Shown one piece after another: positions 12,560 to 23,485 of a DNA stretch of 64,000 nucleotides (positions within the stretch are counted from its first letter, which is position 1; the number at the start of each line of letters is the position of its first letter). The position numbers were made by a program, and so were the translations under genes. The stretch spans positions 21,886,001 to 21,950,000 of the forward strand of contig OZ336899.1 of assembly GCA_965287045.1 (NCBI GenBank), given 5' to 3'. The notes under the pieces are model-generated. The model ran no database searches. It was not told the origin of the DNA and saw nothing but the letters and a program-made list of their open reading frames with translations. The stretch is from Carcharhinus amblyrhynchos (taxonomy: Eukaryota).

Positions 12560-13520
12560 TGCAATCTGTATTGGTTTGCTCCCCTCATCTAAGGAAAGGT
12601 GTACTGGCATTGGAGGCAGTCCAGACATGATTCACCTGGGTATGGAGGAATTTTCTTATGAGGAGAGGTTGAGTAGTTTGGGTCAGTATTCGTTGAAGCT
12701 TAGAAGAACGAGAAGCGACTTTATTGAGACATACAGGATTCTCAAGGGATTTGACAGGGCGGACACTGACAGGTTGTTTCTCCTTGTGGGAGAGTCTGGA
12801 ACTAAAGGGCGTAATCTCAGAATAAGGGGTCTCCCTTTAAGACAGAGATAAGGAGGAATTCATTCTCTCAGAGAATAATAAATCTGTAGAATTCTTCACT
12901 GCAGGGGGTTGTAGAGGCTAGGTCATTGAATATGTCCAAGGCTGAGAGGCAAAATGGATTTTTAGTAAGTTAATTAGGCATCGGAGCAGAATTAGGCCAT
13001 TCGGCCCATCGAGTCCACTCCGCCATTTGGTCATGACTGATATGCTCCTCATCCCCATTTTCCTGCCTTCTTCCCATAACCCTTCAACCCATTACCAACT
13101 AAAAATCTGTCTAAATCCTCAAATTTACTCACTGTCCCAGAATCTACTGCACTTTGGGGTAGCGAATTCCACAGATTCACAACCCTTTGGGAGAAGCAGT
13201 TTCTCCTCAACTCTGTTTTAAATTTGCTGTCCCTTTTCCTAAAAGCATGACCTCTCATCTTAGAACGCTCCACTAGAGGAAGCATCCGCTCCACGTCTAC
13301 TTCCTTCATACCTTCTATCAACTTGAATACCTCAATTTGATCTCCCCTCACTCTTCTAAATTCCAGAGAGTAGAGGCCTAAACTGTTCAGTAAGGGATTC
13401 AGGAGTTACGGGGATAAGGCAGGAAAGTGGTGCTGAGGATTATATCAAATCAGTCGAGACCTCTTTGAATGGCAACTCAATGGGCAGAATGGCCTATTTC
13501 TGCTCCTATGTCTTATGGTC
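12560..13520 (+). mobile_element. CR1 LINE 3' fragment interrupted by an antisense CR1
   Basis: Translates to CR1 ORF2 C-terminus (FSYEERLSSLGQYSL...IETYRILKGFDR); tail CCTATGTCTTATGGTCTTA; AGTAAG duplicated at both sides of the nested element. Confidence 0.85.
12972..13388 (-). mobile_element. CR1 LINE 3' fragment (nested)
   Basis: ORF 13049-13351 RGDQIEVFKLIEG...FSQRVVNLWNSLP typical of CR1 ORF2. Confidence 0.85.
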
Positions 13521-14216
13521 TTAGAACAAAGAACAGTACAGCACAAGAGCAGGCCCTTCAGCCCACCAAGCCTGCGCCAAAACATGATGCCTTTCTAAAT
13601 TACAGACCTTTTTGCCTCTACACTGTCCATATCCCTCTATTCCCTGCCTATTAATGTATTTGTCAAGATGCCTTTCAAACTTTACTATTGTATCTCTTCT
13701 ACCACCTCCTCTGATAGTGCATTCCAGGCACCTACCACCCTCTGTGCAAAACACTTGCCTCTCACATGTCCTTTAAACTTTCCCCCTTTTACCTTAAAGC
13801 TATGTTCCCCAGAAATTAACATTTCTAAAGACCCCCAACTATTCATTCAATCCAGACCTTTGATGATTTTGTAAACTGCGATCAAGTCGCCCCCTCAGCC
13901 TCCAACGTTCAAACGAAAACAAACCAAGTTTATTCAATCTCTCCTCAGAGCTAATGCCCTCCAAACTAGGCAACATCCTGGTAAATCTTTTCTGTACCCT
14001 CTCCTAAGTCTCCACATCCTTCTGGTAGTGTGGCGACCAGGACTGTACAGAATATTCCAAATGTGATCTAGCTAAAGTTCTATACAGCTGCAACACGACT
14101 TGTCGATTTTATATTCTATGCCCCGACTGATGAAGGCCAGCATGCCATATGCCTTCTTGCCCACCTTAACCACTTGTGTTGCCACTTTCAGGGAACTGTG
14201 GACCTGTACACCCAGA
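13521..14216 (-). mobile_element. CR1 LINE 3' fragment
   Basis: CR1 ORF2 C-terminal remnants and AGAACAAAGAAC tail on the plus strand. Confidence 0.8.
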
Positions 14217-14542
14217 TGTATGTTTTCTATTTATAAATTTGATTTTTTTCTTAGAGCAACACAGAAATGTCATTAGTTTGTAAGTGTGTTGGAACATTAT
14301 TTATGAGGTTTTATACAATGCTTCAAAATTTACTCTCTGTATCTTCTGGCAGCTTTGAGTTTCTTTTGTGGTGTCTGATTACTTTGCTCTGAATCAACAC
14401 CCAGACTTAACCAATCAAGCACAGCAAACATGAATCATTTACCAACTCACATGATCAAATACAGAGCAATTGAATGCTACACAATTCATTGATGGCTCCG
14501 GAGTTATTTCCTCCAATTTTCTCACTCAGATCAGTCACTGCC
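14195..14542 (+). repeat. Donor copy of the approximately 350-bp direct duplication (other copy 11828-12174)
   Basis: Near-identical from ACTGTGGACCTGTAC to CAGATCAGTCACTGCC. Confidence 0.95.
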
Positions 14543-14829
14543 TATACTCGTGGGACAGAAACTCAGCACTTTCGGAAGAAAGGGGAGTTAAGAAAAGATT
14601 TATTATAGACTTCAGCCTTTGAGCTCAATTCAAAAGCTTTCCATTCATGGATTGCACAGGTTAATGCAGCAAATCCACTCTGCTTCATCATGCATCCCTC
14701 AAACATGTCATGCAGTGAGTTGCTACCCACTGTGGGGTACCCTTGTTCACTTAGAGACATTCATCATATTGAAGCAGTCGGCTTTGTGACTATGGCTGTA
14801 TTCTTGCACAAAATCATGTGACAATACCA

Positions 14830-15178
14830 GGGAGATAGAGGCGTAGTGGACCCAAAGACCCAGGGTAATGCTCTGGGGGCTGAGGTTCGAATCCCACCAC
14901 AGCAGATGATGAAATTTGGATTCAATAAAAATATGGAATTAAAAGTCTAATGGTAACAATTAAACCTTTGTCGATTGTTGTAAACTCCCATCTGGTTCAT
15001 TGATGTCCTTTAGGGAGGGGAATCTGCCGTCCTTACCTGGTCTGGCCTACATGTGACTCCAGATTCACAGCAATGTGGTGGACTCTTAACTATCCTCTGA
15101 AGTGGTTCAAAGAACATTAGGGATGGACAATAAATGCTGGCTAAGCCAGTGACGCCTACATCCAATGAGTAAAATAAA
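14830..15178 (+). mobile_element. tRNA-derived SINE, second family
   Basis: B-box GGTTCGAATCCC, core TCTGCCGTCCTTACCTGGTCTGGCCTACATGTGACTCCAG. Confidence 0.8.
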
Positions 15179-15378
15179 GGGAACTGCCATTTCAGGCTTT
15201 TGAGGTAAGAAGGTATGAAATGACTGCAGCAATAGCTGGGAGATTAATCATCTATCCCAGGAAACTCCAGGAAATCCAAGAGGATTGAACCCCTACCAGG
15301 GACTCAGCGTACTTGTAGTCTGCACTACTCAATATCACATTCTGTGATGCATCCATCCACCAAGACAGCACAACACAT

Positions 15379-15875
15379 GGGCGGCACGGTGGCACAGCGG
15401 TTAGCACTGCTGCCTCACAGCGCCAAGGACCCAGGTTCGATTCCGGCCTCGGGTCACTGTCTGTGTGGAGTTTGCACGTTCTCCCTGTGTCTGCGTGAGT
15501 TTCATCCAGGTGCTCCGGTTTCCTCCCACAGTCCAAAGATGTGCAGGTTAGGTGGATTGGCTGTGCTAAATTGACCCTTAGGTAAAGACAAAATACTGCA
15601 GATGCTGGAATCTGAAACAAAAACAGAAAATGCTGGAAAATCTCAGCAAGCCTGACAGCATTTGTGGAGAGAGAATAGAGCCAACACATCAAGTCTAGAT
15701 GGCCCTTCGCTAGGGCAAATTACCCCTTAGTGTTCCAAGAAATGTACGTTAGAGGAATTAGCGGAGTAAGCATATGGGGTTATGAGAATAAGGACTGGGT
15801 GGGATGCTCTGTCGGAGAGTCGGTACAGACTGATTAGGCCGAATGGCCTCTTTCTGCACTGTAGGGATTCTATGA
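15379..15875 (+). mobile_element. HE1-like V-SINE interrupted by a short repeat (15583-15715)
   Basis: Well-preserved head; insertion flanked by duplicated AAATT(G)ACCC(C)TTAG; GATTCTATGAT tail. Confidence 0.85.
15583..15715 (-). mobile_element. Short repeat, probably a Penelope-like terminal fragment (CAGATGCTGGAATCTG...GAAAATGCTGG family)
   Basis: Related decayed copies near 30.9, 31.5, 39.9, 41.0 and 42.2 kb; the 31.5 kb copy shows a decayed CTGATG...GAAAC hammerhead-like core. Confidence 0.5.
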
Positions 15876-16354
15876 TAATACTCTTGTTTCACTTGATACG
15901 AAATGATGCTGACTAACTGTGATGGTTTCACTGTACAGTTATGCGAAAAAGTGGGAGAAGGGGCATGTGTTAATGAGTTCTTAATTCATTCATGTAGGTA
16001 TGGCCTCCACTTGATGACATTTGCTGACACCATCCTACTCTGGAATGAACACTGCTGTACTGTTGAAATACGTATCCCCTGGTTGTCCTGACAGACATGG
16101 TAAACAGTCACTAGACTGTGCTTCAGACAAAGCAGAAGGTCACAATGGGAACAAATTTGCATTTATGAAACTAATCCAGACAAAAACAGGAGAATAAATA
16201 AGGCCACAGCACATGGAGAAAGCACAAAATATTCTCTAATCCATAATTACTTTCGTTTTTTAAAATGACACAATGTAGTTTTTTAAAGATTGTTATGGGA
16301 GATCACATGGGGTGGATGGATAGAAGCGAAGATTGGAAAATGAGTGGCAGAGAC

Positions 16355-16730
16355 ATTTTTTTATTCATTCATGGACATGGGCATCACTGGCAAGGCCTGC
16401 ATTTGTTGCCCATCCCTAATTGCCCCTGAACTAAATGGCTTGCTAGGCCATTTCAGAGGGCAGTTAGGAGTGCATTGGCTCTGGAGTCACATGTAGGCCA
16501 GACCAGGTAAGGGCAGCAGATTTCCTTCCCTAAAGAACATTAGCGAACGAGACGGGTTTTTCCAATAATGGTTTCATGGTCATCAGTTGACTCTTAATTC
16601 CAGATATTTTTTGTTGAATTCAAATTCCACCACCTGCCGTGGCGGGATTCGAATCCAGGTTCCGAGACCATTAGCCGAGTTTCTGGATTAATAGGTAGGC
16701 CAGCAACAACACCCTAGGCCTTCACTTCTC
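16355..16730 (-). mobile_element. tRNA-derived SINE, second family
   Basis: Reverse complement of the same consensus as 24338-26130. Confidence 0.8.
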
Positions 16731-16837
16731 CACATGCATTGGCAGAGGTGGAGTAACAGGTTCAGTGAACAACATAGTGGATTCCAAAATTTTGCTGTTT
16801 GTTAAGGAGATGATGGGACTGCTGTTTATTTAGGAAG

Positions 16838-17165
16838 AATTAGAATCATAGGATCACACAGTGCAGAAGGAGGCCCATTCAGCCCATCAAGTCTGCACTG
16901 GCTATAATCCCACCCAGGCCCTATCCCCATCATCCCATCCATTTACCCTTGCTAATCCCCTGACGCTAAGGGGCAATTTAGCACATTCAATCCACCTAAC
17001 CCGCACATCTTTGGACCGTGGGAGGAAACCGGAGCCCCCCCGGAGGAAACTCACACAGACACGGGGAGAACATGCAAACGCAGGTGGTGACCAAAGCCGG
17101 GAATCAAACCCAGTCCCTGGCGCTGTGAGGCAGCAGTGCTAATCACCGTGCCACCGTACTGCCCA
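16838..17165 (-). mobile_element. HE1-like V-SINE
   Basis: TAGAATCATAG tail to GCCACCGTACTGCCC head. Confidence 0.85.
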
Positions 17166-18037
17166 GGGGGTGGGGTTGGAGGTGGGGGTGGGGGGGTGGG
17201 GTGGGGGGGGGCATTGTCTAAAACAGTTTTCAGAAAAAAATGTCGAAAACCATTCAGAATCAATGAAAAATGTGTCACAAAATATGATTTTTTTTAATCA
17301 AGTTATTTATTGATCAGGACTTCACGTTGAAATATTGCTGCAGTTTTGTGTGTCCACTTTAGGACGAACAGCAGACATGTTGTCAACTCATCTTTAAAAT
17401 TGTTCAGCGCTAAATTTGAAGCTTCATAGAGGCAAGTGTTCAATACAAGGAAATGGTTCTGTCTGAGCTCTGAACCCATGGAGAACGCAAAACCAGAGGG
17501 AAGGAGATGTGACAGGGCTTTTAAAAGTGATTGCGCGATTTCTCCCCCTCGCCTCCCCAGCTCACTCAGGTCCCCCTGCCTTCTCGCGAGCACCCTCCGA
17601 CACCATTTTAAATTCTAACCTCAGTGTGTGCTGAGCACTTGTCTTTGTCAGAGCTCGGAGCTATTTTCAGACCCTGACTCACTTATTCCTTTCCTCTATT
17701 TTAACGTTATCAGCTGTCGAGGCAGTACAGGAATTCAGCCAGGAGACAGAGGCAAAACACAGGGGCCAGTCTTTTGTCTTCAGGAGGCACATTTTTTAAG
17801 AAAAAGGCGGGGGGGGGGTTGCTGGGGGAGACAAAGAGAGTGAGAGAAAGGCAGATATGGAGAGGTCACACACATTATGACTTTGATATTAATCTCCCCT
17901 CCCCCTACGAAGGACAGTAAAAGATGAAAAATAAAAGGTAGTCCCTCCCCCTCCCGCTCCAACTCCCTCCGTGGCTGCCCACTGCCATTTTTACAGTAAT
18001 GGAGCCCACGCCATTCGAAAGGTGGCACACTTCATTA

Positions 18038-18379
18038 AGCTCGTCAGGAACAAATGAACACTGGCACAGATCATTTGGGCCAAACGGGCAGTTTCTGCGC
18101 CGTAGATTCAATATCATTTATATAACCAAAGATAATTCTGACTTGCTTCTGTGGAACAGAGCTCAGGAACAAAGCTCCCGTCAATGGCCAGGATCAAGGC
18201 TCAGCTAAGAGGCCCAGGGCAAGGCCTCAAGAGTCAATGGTTGAAAATCACCAAGGGTCAGGGTTTGCCCAGTATTGCCAGCTCTGGCCAGTGAACTCTG
18301 CTGGCGGTGAAGGGGTTAAAATCAGTCTGCTATAAAGAGTACACGCACTGTTTGCACCCTGGACACATGATGGAAAAGT
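18038..18379 (+). repeat. Approximately 340-bp local duplication, copy 1 (copy 2 at 19661-19999)
   Basis: Shared blocks such as TCAAGGCTCAGCTAAGAGGCCCAGGGCAAG, CAGGGTTTGCCCAGTATTGCCAGCTCTGGCCAGT and CTGTTTGCACCCTGGACACATGATGGAAAAGT. Confidence 0.9.
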
Positions 18380-18517
18380 TTTTGCACCAGGCTTCCACAG
18401 TGCGATTAGGAGCCTTATTTAAATGTGGCCCTTACCGTATGGCCATCCCAGGGCTCAGGAAACTCAGCAGCAAGCTGGAGGTGAGAGCTCTCAGCTCAGC
18501 CTTTAGGTTAAGATCAA

Positions 18518-18641
18518 CGGCGGAACTTTCCCTTCCCAGGGGAATCGTCGCGGGTGGGAGAGACGATTGGGGGGCAGAAAATACAGAGGTCCGCTGACCT
18601 CGGGCAGGAATTTCCGGTCTTAAGGCTGGAAAATCCCGCCC
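18518..18641. mobile_element. MITE, PIF/Harbinger-like
   Basis: CGGCGGAACTTTCC...GGAAAATCCCGCCC termini with 3-bp TSD CAA. Confidence 0.65.
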
Positions 18642-19082
18642 CAAGTGTCGGATGAAGCCCAAGATGGGGCGTAATGACTTATCTTGTCAGCTTGGATCTT
18701 GTTTGTCTCACTTGTGGGGACCATGAATTGGAATAAATTTGAATTTTGAATTTGGTCTTTGGAGCAAGCAATGGGTAGATTTGGGTTTGCCCAGTCCATT
18801 CTGAGCATTGGCTTTGTAACATTAAGGATGAGCCAAAAATTGGTTAAAAAAACTAAGCACCTTTTACAGCATTCCTTGTGGGCCAGGAGGAGGAGGATGA
18901 GTTCAGCCTCCCAGAGTCTCGAGGGACTTTTCAGCCTTACCCGCACCCCCCCTGCCCCCGCACTCCCCCCCCCCGCGACCCCCCCCCCCCAGCACAGGCT
19001 CTTCACGCCGCGTTTGATGAACTCCACCTAACCCCAATTTCTTTCTGCCACCCCACCCTCTCCAATTGTCCTAGCCTCTCGA

Positions 19083-19485
19083 TTTAATTTGATTTGATTT
19101 AGTATTGTCACATGTATTAACATACAGTGAAAAGTATTGTTTCTTGCACGCTATGCAAAGCTTACCATTCATAGAGAAGGAAAAGAGTCGGAGGGGGAAT
19201 TTAGTGTTATAGTCATAGTTCGGGTGTAGAGAAAGATCAACTAAATGCGAAGTAGGTCCATTCAAAAGTCTAATGGCAGCAGGGAAGAAGCTGTTCTTGA
19301 GTCGGTTGGTACATGACCTCAGACTTTTGTATCTTTCTCCCAATGGAAGAAGGTTGAAGACAGAAAGTCCGGGGTGCGTGGGATTCTTAATTATGCCGGC
19401 TACTCTTCCGAGGCAGCTGGAAGTATAGACAGAGTCAATGGAAGGGAGCCTGGTTTGTGTGATGGACTGGGCTACGTTCACGACT
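19083..19485 (-). mobile_element. Rex1/Babar-like LINE 3' fragment
   Basis: RLKNSFFPAAIRLLN motif; (TCAAA)n tail seen as TTTGATTTGATTT. Confidence 0.8.
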
Positions 19486-19660
19486 GGATGCTGATTGGAG
19501 ATAATGTGGGAAAAAGACATTGAAGTGAGTGATCAACATTGATTTTATTGAGTGGCAGAGCAGCTTGATGGCCTGAATGACCTATTCCTGCTTCTATATT
19601 CCTTTCTTCCTGTGACAGAAAAGGATAGAAAGATACATTAACAGGAAGTAGGGGAGGACG

Positions 19661-19999
19661 AGTTCATCTGGAGCACATGAACACTGGCACAGACCAGTTG
19701 GGCCAAATGGCCAGTTTCTGCATCATAGATTCATTGTCATTTATATAATCTAAGATATCTTTGACCTGCTTCTGTAGAAGAGAGCTCAGGGACAAGGCTC
19801 CGGTCAATGACCAGTCTCAAGGCTCAGCTAAGAGGCCCAGGGCAAGAGTTAGTGATCGAAAATCATCAAGATCAGGGTTTGCCCAGTATTGCCAGCTCTG
19901 GCCAGTAAACTCTGCTGGTAGTGAAGGGGTTAAAATCAGTCTGCGGTTGCTATATCAAGTACATGCACTGTTTGCACCCTGGACACATGATGGAAAAGT
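19661..19999 (+). repeat. Approximately 340-bp local duplication, copy 2
   Basis: Aligns by eye with 18038-18379. Confidence 0.9.
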
Positions 20000-20219
20000 A
20001 CTAAAACGAGGTAAGCTTTTAAGAACTGGAACATGACACAGCAGTTCACTGTTTTACGCCAAGACATGTCATGTGATACACTGCTGAACTGAACGCTGGT
20101 TTAAGGCAGTGTTAGCAAAGGGATAGCAGATGGTGCCAGGCTTACATAATATCCTGCAACCAAAATAAAGGGGGTTTAAGTGAAACATATAAATATGGGT
20201 GCATGTACTTTCTGTTACT

Positions 20220-20415
20220 GGAGGTCTTGTAGCGCAGTGGGTTCGCATCCCTGCCTCTGAGCCAGAAGCGCTGGGTTCCAGTCCCATCCCAGGACTGGAT
20301 GATCAAGGAGGGGTGTTTGTAACACAGCCAAACAGGTTGAGTGTCAACCTGCAAAATCCTTCCAAACAGGCTAATGGCTGGCTGTAAGAGTTGGAGAGAC
20401 TCCTGGTCAGCCATA
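20220..20415 (+). mobile_element. tRNA-derived SINE, third family (related copy about 21325-21510)
   Basis: A-box TAGCGCAGTGG, B-box GGTTCCAGTCC, body AAACAGGTTGAGTGTCAACCTGCAAAATCCTTCCAA shared with the 21.4 kb copy. Confidence 0.6.
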
Positions 20416-20439
20416 CTTGATGTACAGTCACACCTCTCA

Positions 20440-20780
20440 AGCTGTAAGCCTCTGGATAGAATAGACTTGGGGAAGATGTTTCCATTAGTAGGAGAGACTA
20501 CAGTCTCAAAGTAAAGGGATGGCCCTTTAGAACTGAGATGAGGAGAAATTTCTTCAGCCAGAGGGGTGGTGAACCTGTGAAATTCATTGCCACAGAAGGC
20601 TGTGGATGCCGGGTCATTGAGTGCCTTTAAGATAGAGAAAGATAGGTTCCTGATTGGTAAGGGGGGTCAAAGGTTATGGGGAAAAGGTGGGAGAATGGGG
20701 TTGACTTATCAGCCATGGTTGAATGGCAGAGCAAACGCGATGGGCCAAATGGCCTAATTCTGCTCCTATATCTTATGGTC
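20440..20780 (+). mobile_element. CR1 LINE 3' fragment
   Basis: GAGATGAGGAGAAATTTCTTCAGCCAGAG and tail CTGCTCCTATATCTTATGG. Confidence 0.8.
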
Positions 20781-21807
20781 ATATGGCGAAAAGCTAGCAA
20801 ACTCTTCCAGGAAAATCCTCACCATGGGAACAGATGGAAGTCTGCCTTGTGCGCCATCACTTGCTGGGGTAAGGGTAACAATAACAACAACTTTCTGTTA
20901 CTCAGAGCTAAGGGCTATCTTAGATAGAAGAAGCTCTTAGTTCCCAATGAATATCCTGCTTGTGAATATAATAGATATGTTTGCTTACTGATAATCATCT
21001 TCAATAAATCTCAAAACAGAACTTAGTTCTTGCATCCATCACAGATGTGTACATTGCCATTTTCCAACAAGACTGAAGGAGACCAGCAGTTTGCCAATTT
21101 GTGCCCCCAGTGAGAAAGGCTCCAAGATCACACATTCAGGAAATGGGACTTTTAGTGCTGGCATGGGAATATTGTAGCCAAGCCTAACACTGTCCTCAAC
21201 CAATATCCACCAAAACAAACCTTCCAGCACAAAGAGAGAAGGATCAGAAGAATGAATCCTGAAACATTCATCACTACTGCAATGAACTCTAATACCAAAT
21301 CTAGTGTCCCTACTGCCATTTTATGAGGCCTTTCGATGCAGGGGATAGCCTCTGGGCCAGAAACTCCAGGTTCAGGTCCCACCCCAGGACTTGACAGCCA
21401 AGGAAAGTGAGTTCATAATGCAGTTAAACAGGTTGAGTGCCAACCTGCAAATCCTTCCAATGGCAGGCGGAAAGAATGGGGGAGAGTCCTGATCAGTCAT
21501 GTGATGGAAAGACTAACCTTAGCTCCAGACAGCAACATGCATATAAATCTTCATGTTGCCACAGCAATTCAGTTTCTCTGAGTGAATGGCAACACACCAC
21601 TCCCATCCTAACTTAAAGTACAGAGCAAGAATTGAGTAGCATTGGTCTGATGTACAGAATTATAGAATGGTTACGGCATAGAAGGTAGGCCACTGGGCCC
21701 ATCGTGTCTCTTTAAGAGCTAGTCCTACACACCTGCCTTTTCCCCACAGCCCCATGAATGTTTTCTCTTCTGGTAATTATCCAATTCCTTTCTAAAAATC
21801 ACAATTC

Positions 21808-22335
21808 AATCTACATCCACCACACTCTCAGACAGTGCATTCCAGATCCTAACCACTCACTGTGTGGATCTGTCTCCACCACACTCTCAGACAGTGCATT
21901 CCAGATCCTAACCACTCACTGTGTGGATCTGTCTCCACCACACTCTCAGACGGTGCATTCCAGACCCTAACCACTCGCTGTGTGAATCTGTCTCCACCAC
22001 ACTCTCAGACGGTGCATTCCAGACCCTAACCACTCGCTGTGTGAATCTGTCTCCACCACACTCTCAGACGGTGCACTCTAGATCCTAACCACTCACTGTG
22101 TGAATCTGTCTCCACCACACAATCAGACAGTGCATTCCAGATGCTAACCACTTACTGTGTGAATCTGTCTCCGCCACACTCTCAGACAGTGCATTCCAGA
22201 TCCTAATCACTCGATGTGTGAATCTGTCTCCACCACACTCTCAGACAGTGCATTCCAGATCCTAACCACTCGCTGTGTGAATCTGTCTCCACCACACTCT
22301 CAGATAGAGCATTCCAGATCCTAACCACTCGTTGC
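21808..22335. repeat. Minisatellite, about 9 copies of a 59-bp unit derived from CR1 ORF2
   Basis: Unit ATCTGTCTCCACCACACTCTCAGACAGTGCATTCCAGATCCTAACCACTCGCTGTGTGA; the reverse strand encodes QRVVRIWNALSESVVE. Confidence 0.95.
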
Positions 22336-22336
22336 A

Positions 22337-22695
22337 ATTTTTTTTTGCTCTTTCATAGGACATTGGCTTTGCTGGCCAGCATTTATTGTTCATCCCTAGT
22401 TGCCCTTGTTCAGAGGACAGTTCAGAGTCAACCCCGTTGTTGTGGCTCTAGAGTCACATATAGGCTAGACCAGGTAAGAATGGCTGATTTCCTTCCCTAA
22501 AGGTCATTCAGCCAGATGGTTTTTCTGACAATCGACAATGGTCGTTAGTAGATTCCTCATGTCAGATATTTTTTATTGAATTCAAATTCCATCATCTGTT
22601 GTGGCTGTGGTGGGATTTGAACCCAGGTATCCAGAACTTTAGCTGAGTTTCTGGATTAATAGTCTAGTGATAATACCATTAGGCCATTGCCTCCC
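22337..22695 (-). mobile_element. tRNA-derived SINE, second family
   Basis: Same consensus as other copies; interrupts the CR1 that hosts the minisatellite. Confidence 0.8.
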
Positions 22696-23025
22696 CGAGC
22701 ATGAAAAAGCTTCTCCTAGTGTCGCCGTTGCTCTTTTTGCCTTTCACCTTAAATCCGTGTTCTCTCGATCTCAATCCTTGCACAAGTGGGAAATCTTTCT
22801 TCCTATTTACTCTGTTGGGAGCCCTCGTGATTTTGAATACCTCTATCAAATCCCCTGTCAACTTTCTCATCTCCAAGAGATTATCCAATCCATCTCCGTA
22901 ACTGAGTTTCCTCATCCCTGGAACCATTCTCATGAATCTTTTCCGCACTCTCTTTAATTCCCTCGCAACTTTCCTGAAGTGCGGTGCCCAGGACTGAATA
23001 CAATACTCCAATTGAGGCCAACGTC
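22696..23025 (-). mobile_element. CR1 LINE fragment
   Basis: PQLEYCIQSWAPHFRK...KRFMRMVPGMRKLSY...GDLIEVFKI. Confidence 0.85.
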
Positions 23026-23035
23026 TTTTTTTTAG

Positions 23036-23485
23036 GCTGTATGGTGGCACAGTGGTTAGCACTGTTGCCTCACAGCACTGGGGACCTGGGTTCAATTTTG
23101 GCCACGGGTGATTGCCCGTGTGGAGTTTGTATGTTCTCCCCATGTCTGCGTGGGTTTCCTCTGGGTGTTCTGATTTCCTCCCACACTCCAAAGATGTGCG
23201 AGTTATGTTGATTGGCAGTACTACATTGCCCCTATGGGCAGAATGTCAATGGCATGTCCGCTCAGGTTTTGTACGGTCCAGCCTGAGGCCAACAGAGAAT
23301 GTTCTCTGAGCTTCGCCTGTCCCCAGAATCAAGGCGGGTGTACCGTTAAAATTCCGGCCTTAGTGTTATGAGGCCGAGCAGGGAAAATATGTGGGGTTAC
23401 GGGGATAGGACCTGGGTGGGATTGTTGTCTGTGCAGGCTCAATGGACCAAGTGGTTTACTTCTGCACTGCAAGGATTCTATGATC
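23036..23485 (+). mobile_element. HE1-like V-SINE with a MITE inserted at 23236-23359
   Basis: SINE sequence TTGCCCCT|TTAGTG is split by a GGGCAGAAT...AAAATTCCGGCC element. Confidence 0.75.

Noticed and set aside
15252-15692. Recurring ORFs such as CGRKPEHPEETHADTGRTCKLHTDS
   Set aside because: Chance translations of HE1 SINE copies, repeated throughout the window.
20220-20296. tRNA gene (Gln-like)
   Set aside because: A and B boxes are present but the stems are imperfect and the sequence continues into a body shared with the copy at 21.3-21.5 kb, so it is a SINE head.
21808-22335. Regular repeat array resembling CRISPR
   Set aside because: Units are contiguous with no unique spacers, derive from CR1, and there are no cas genes; the context is vertebrate.
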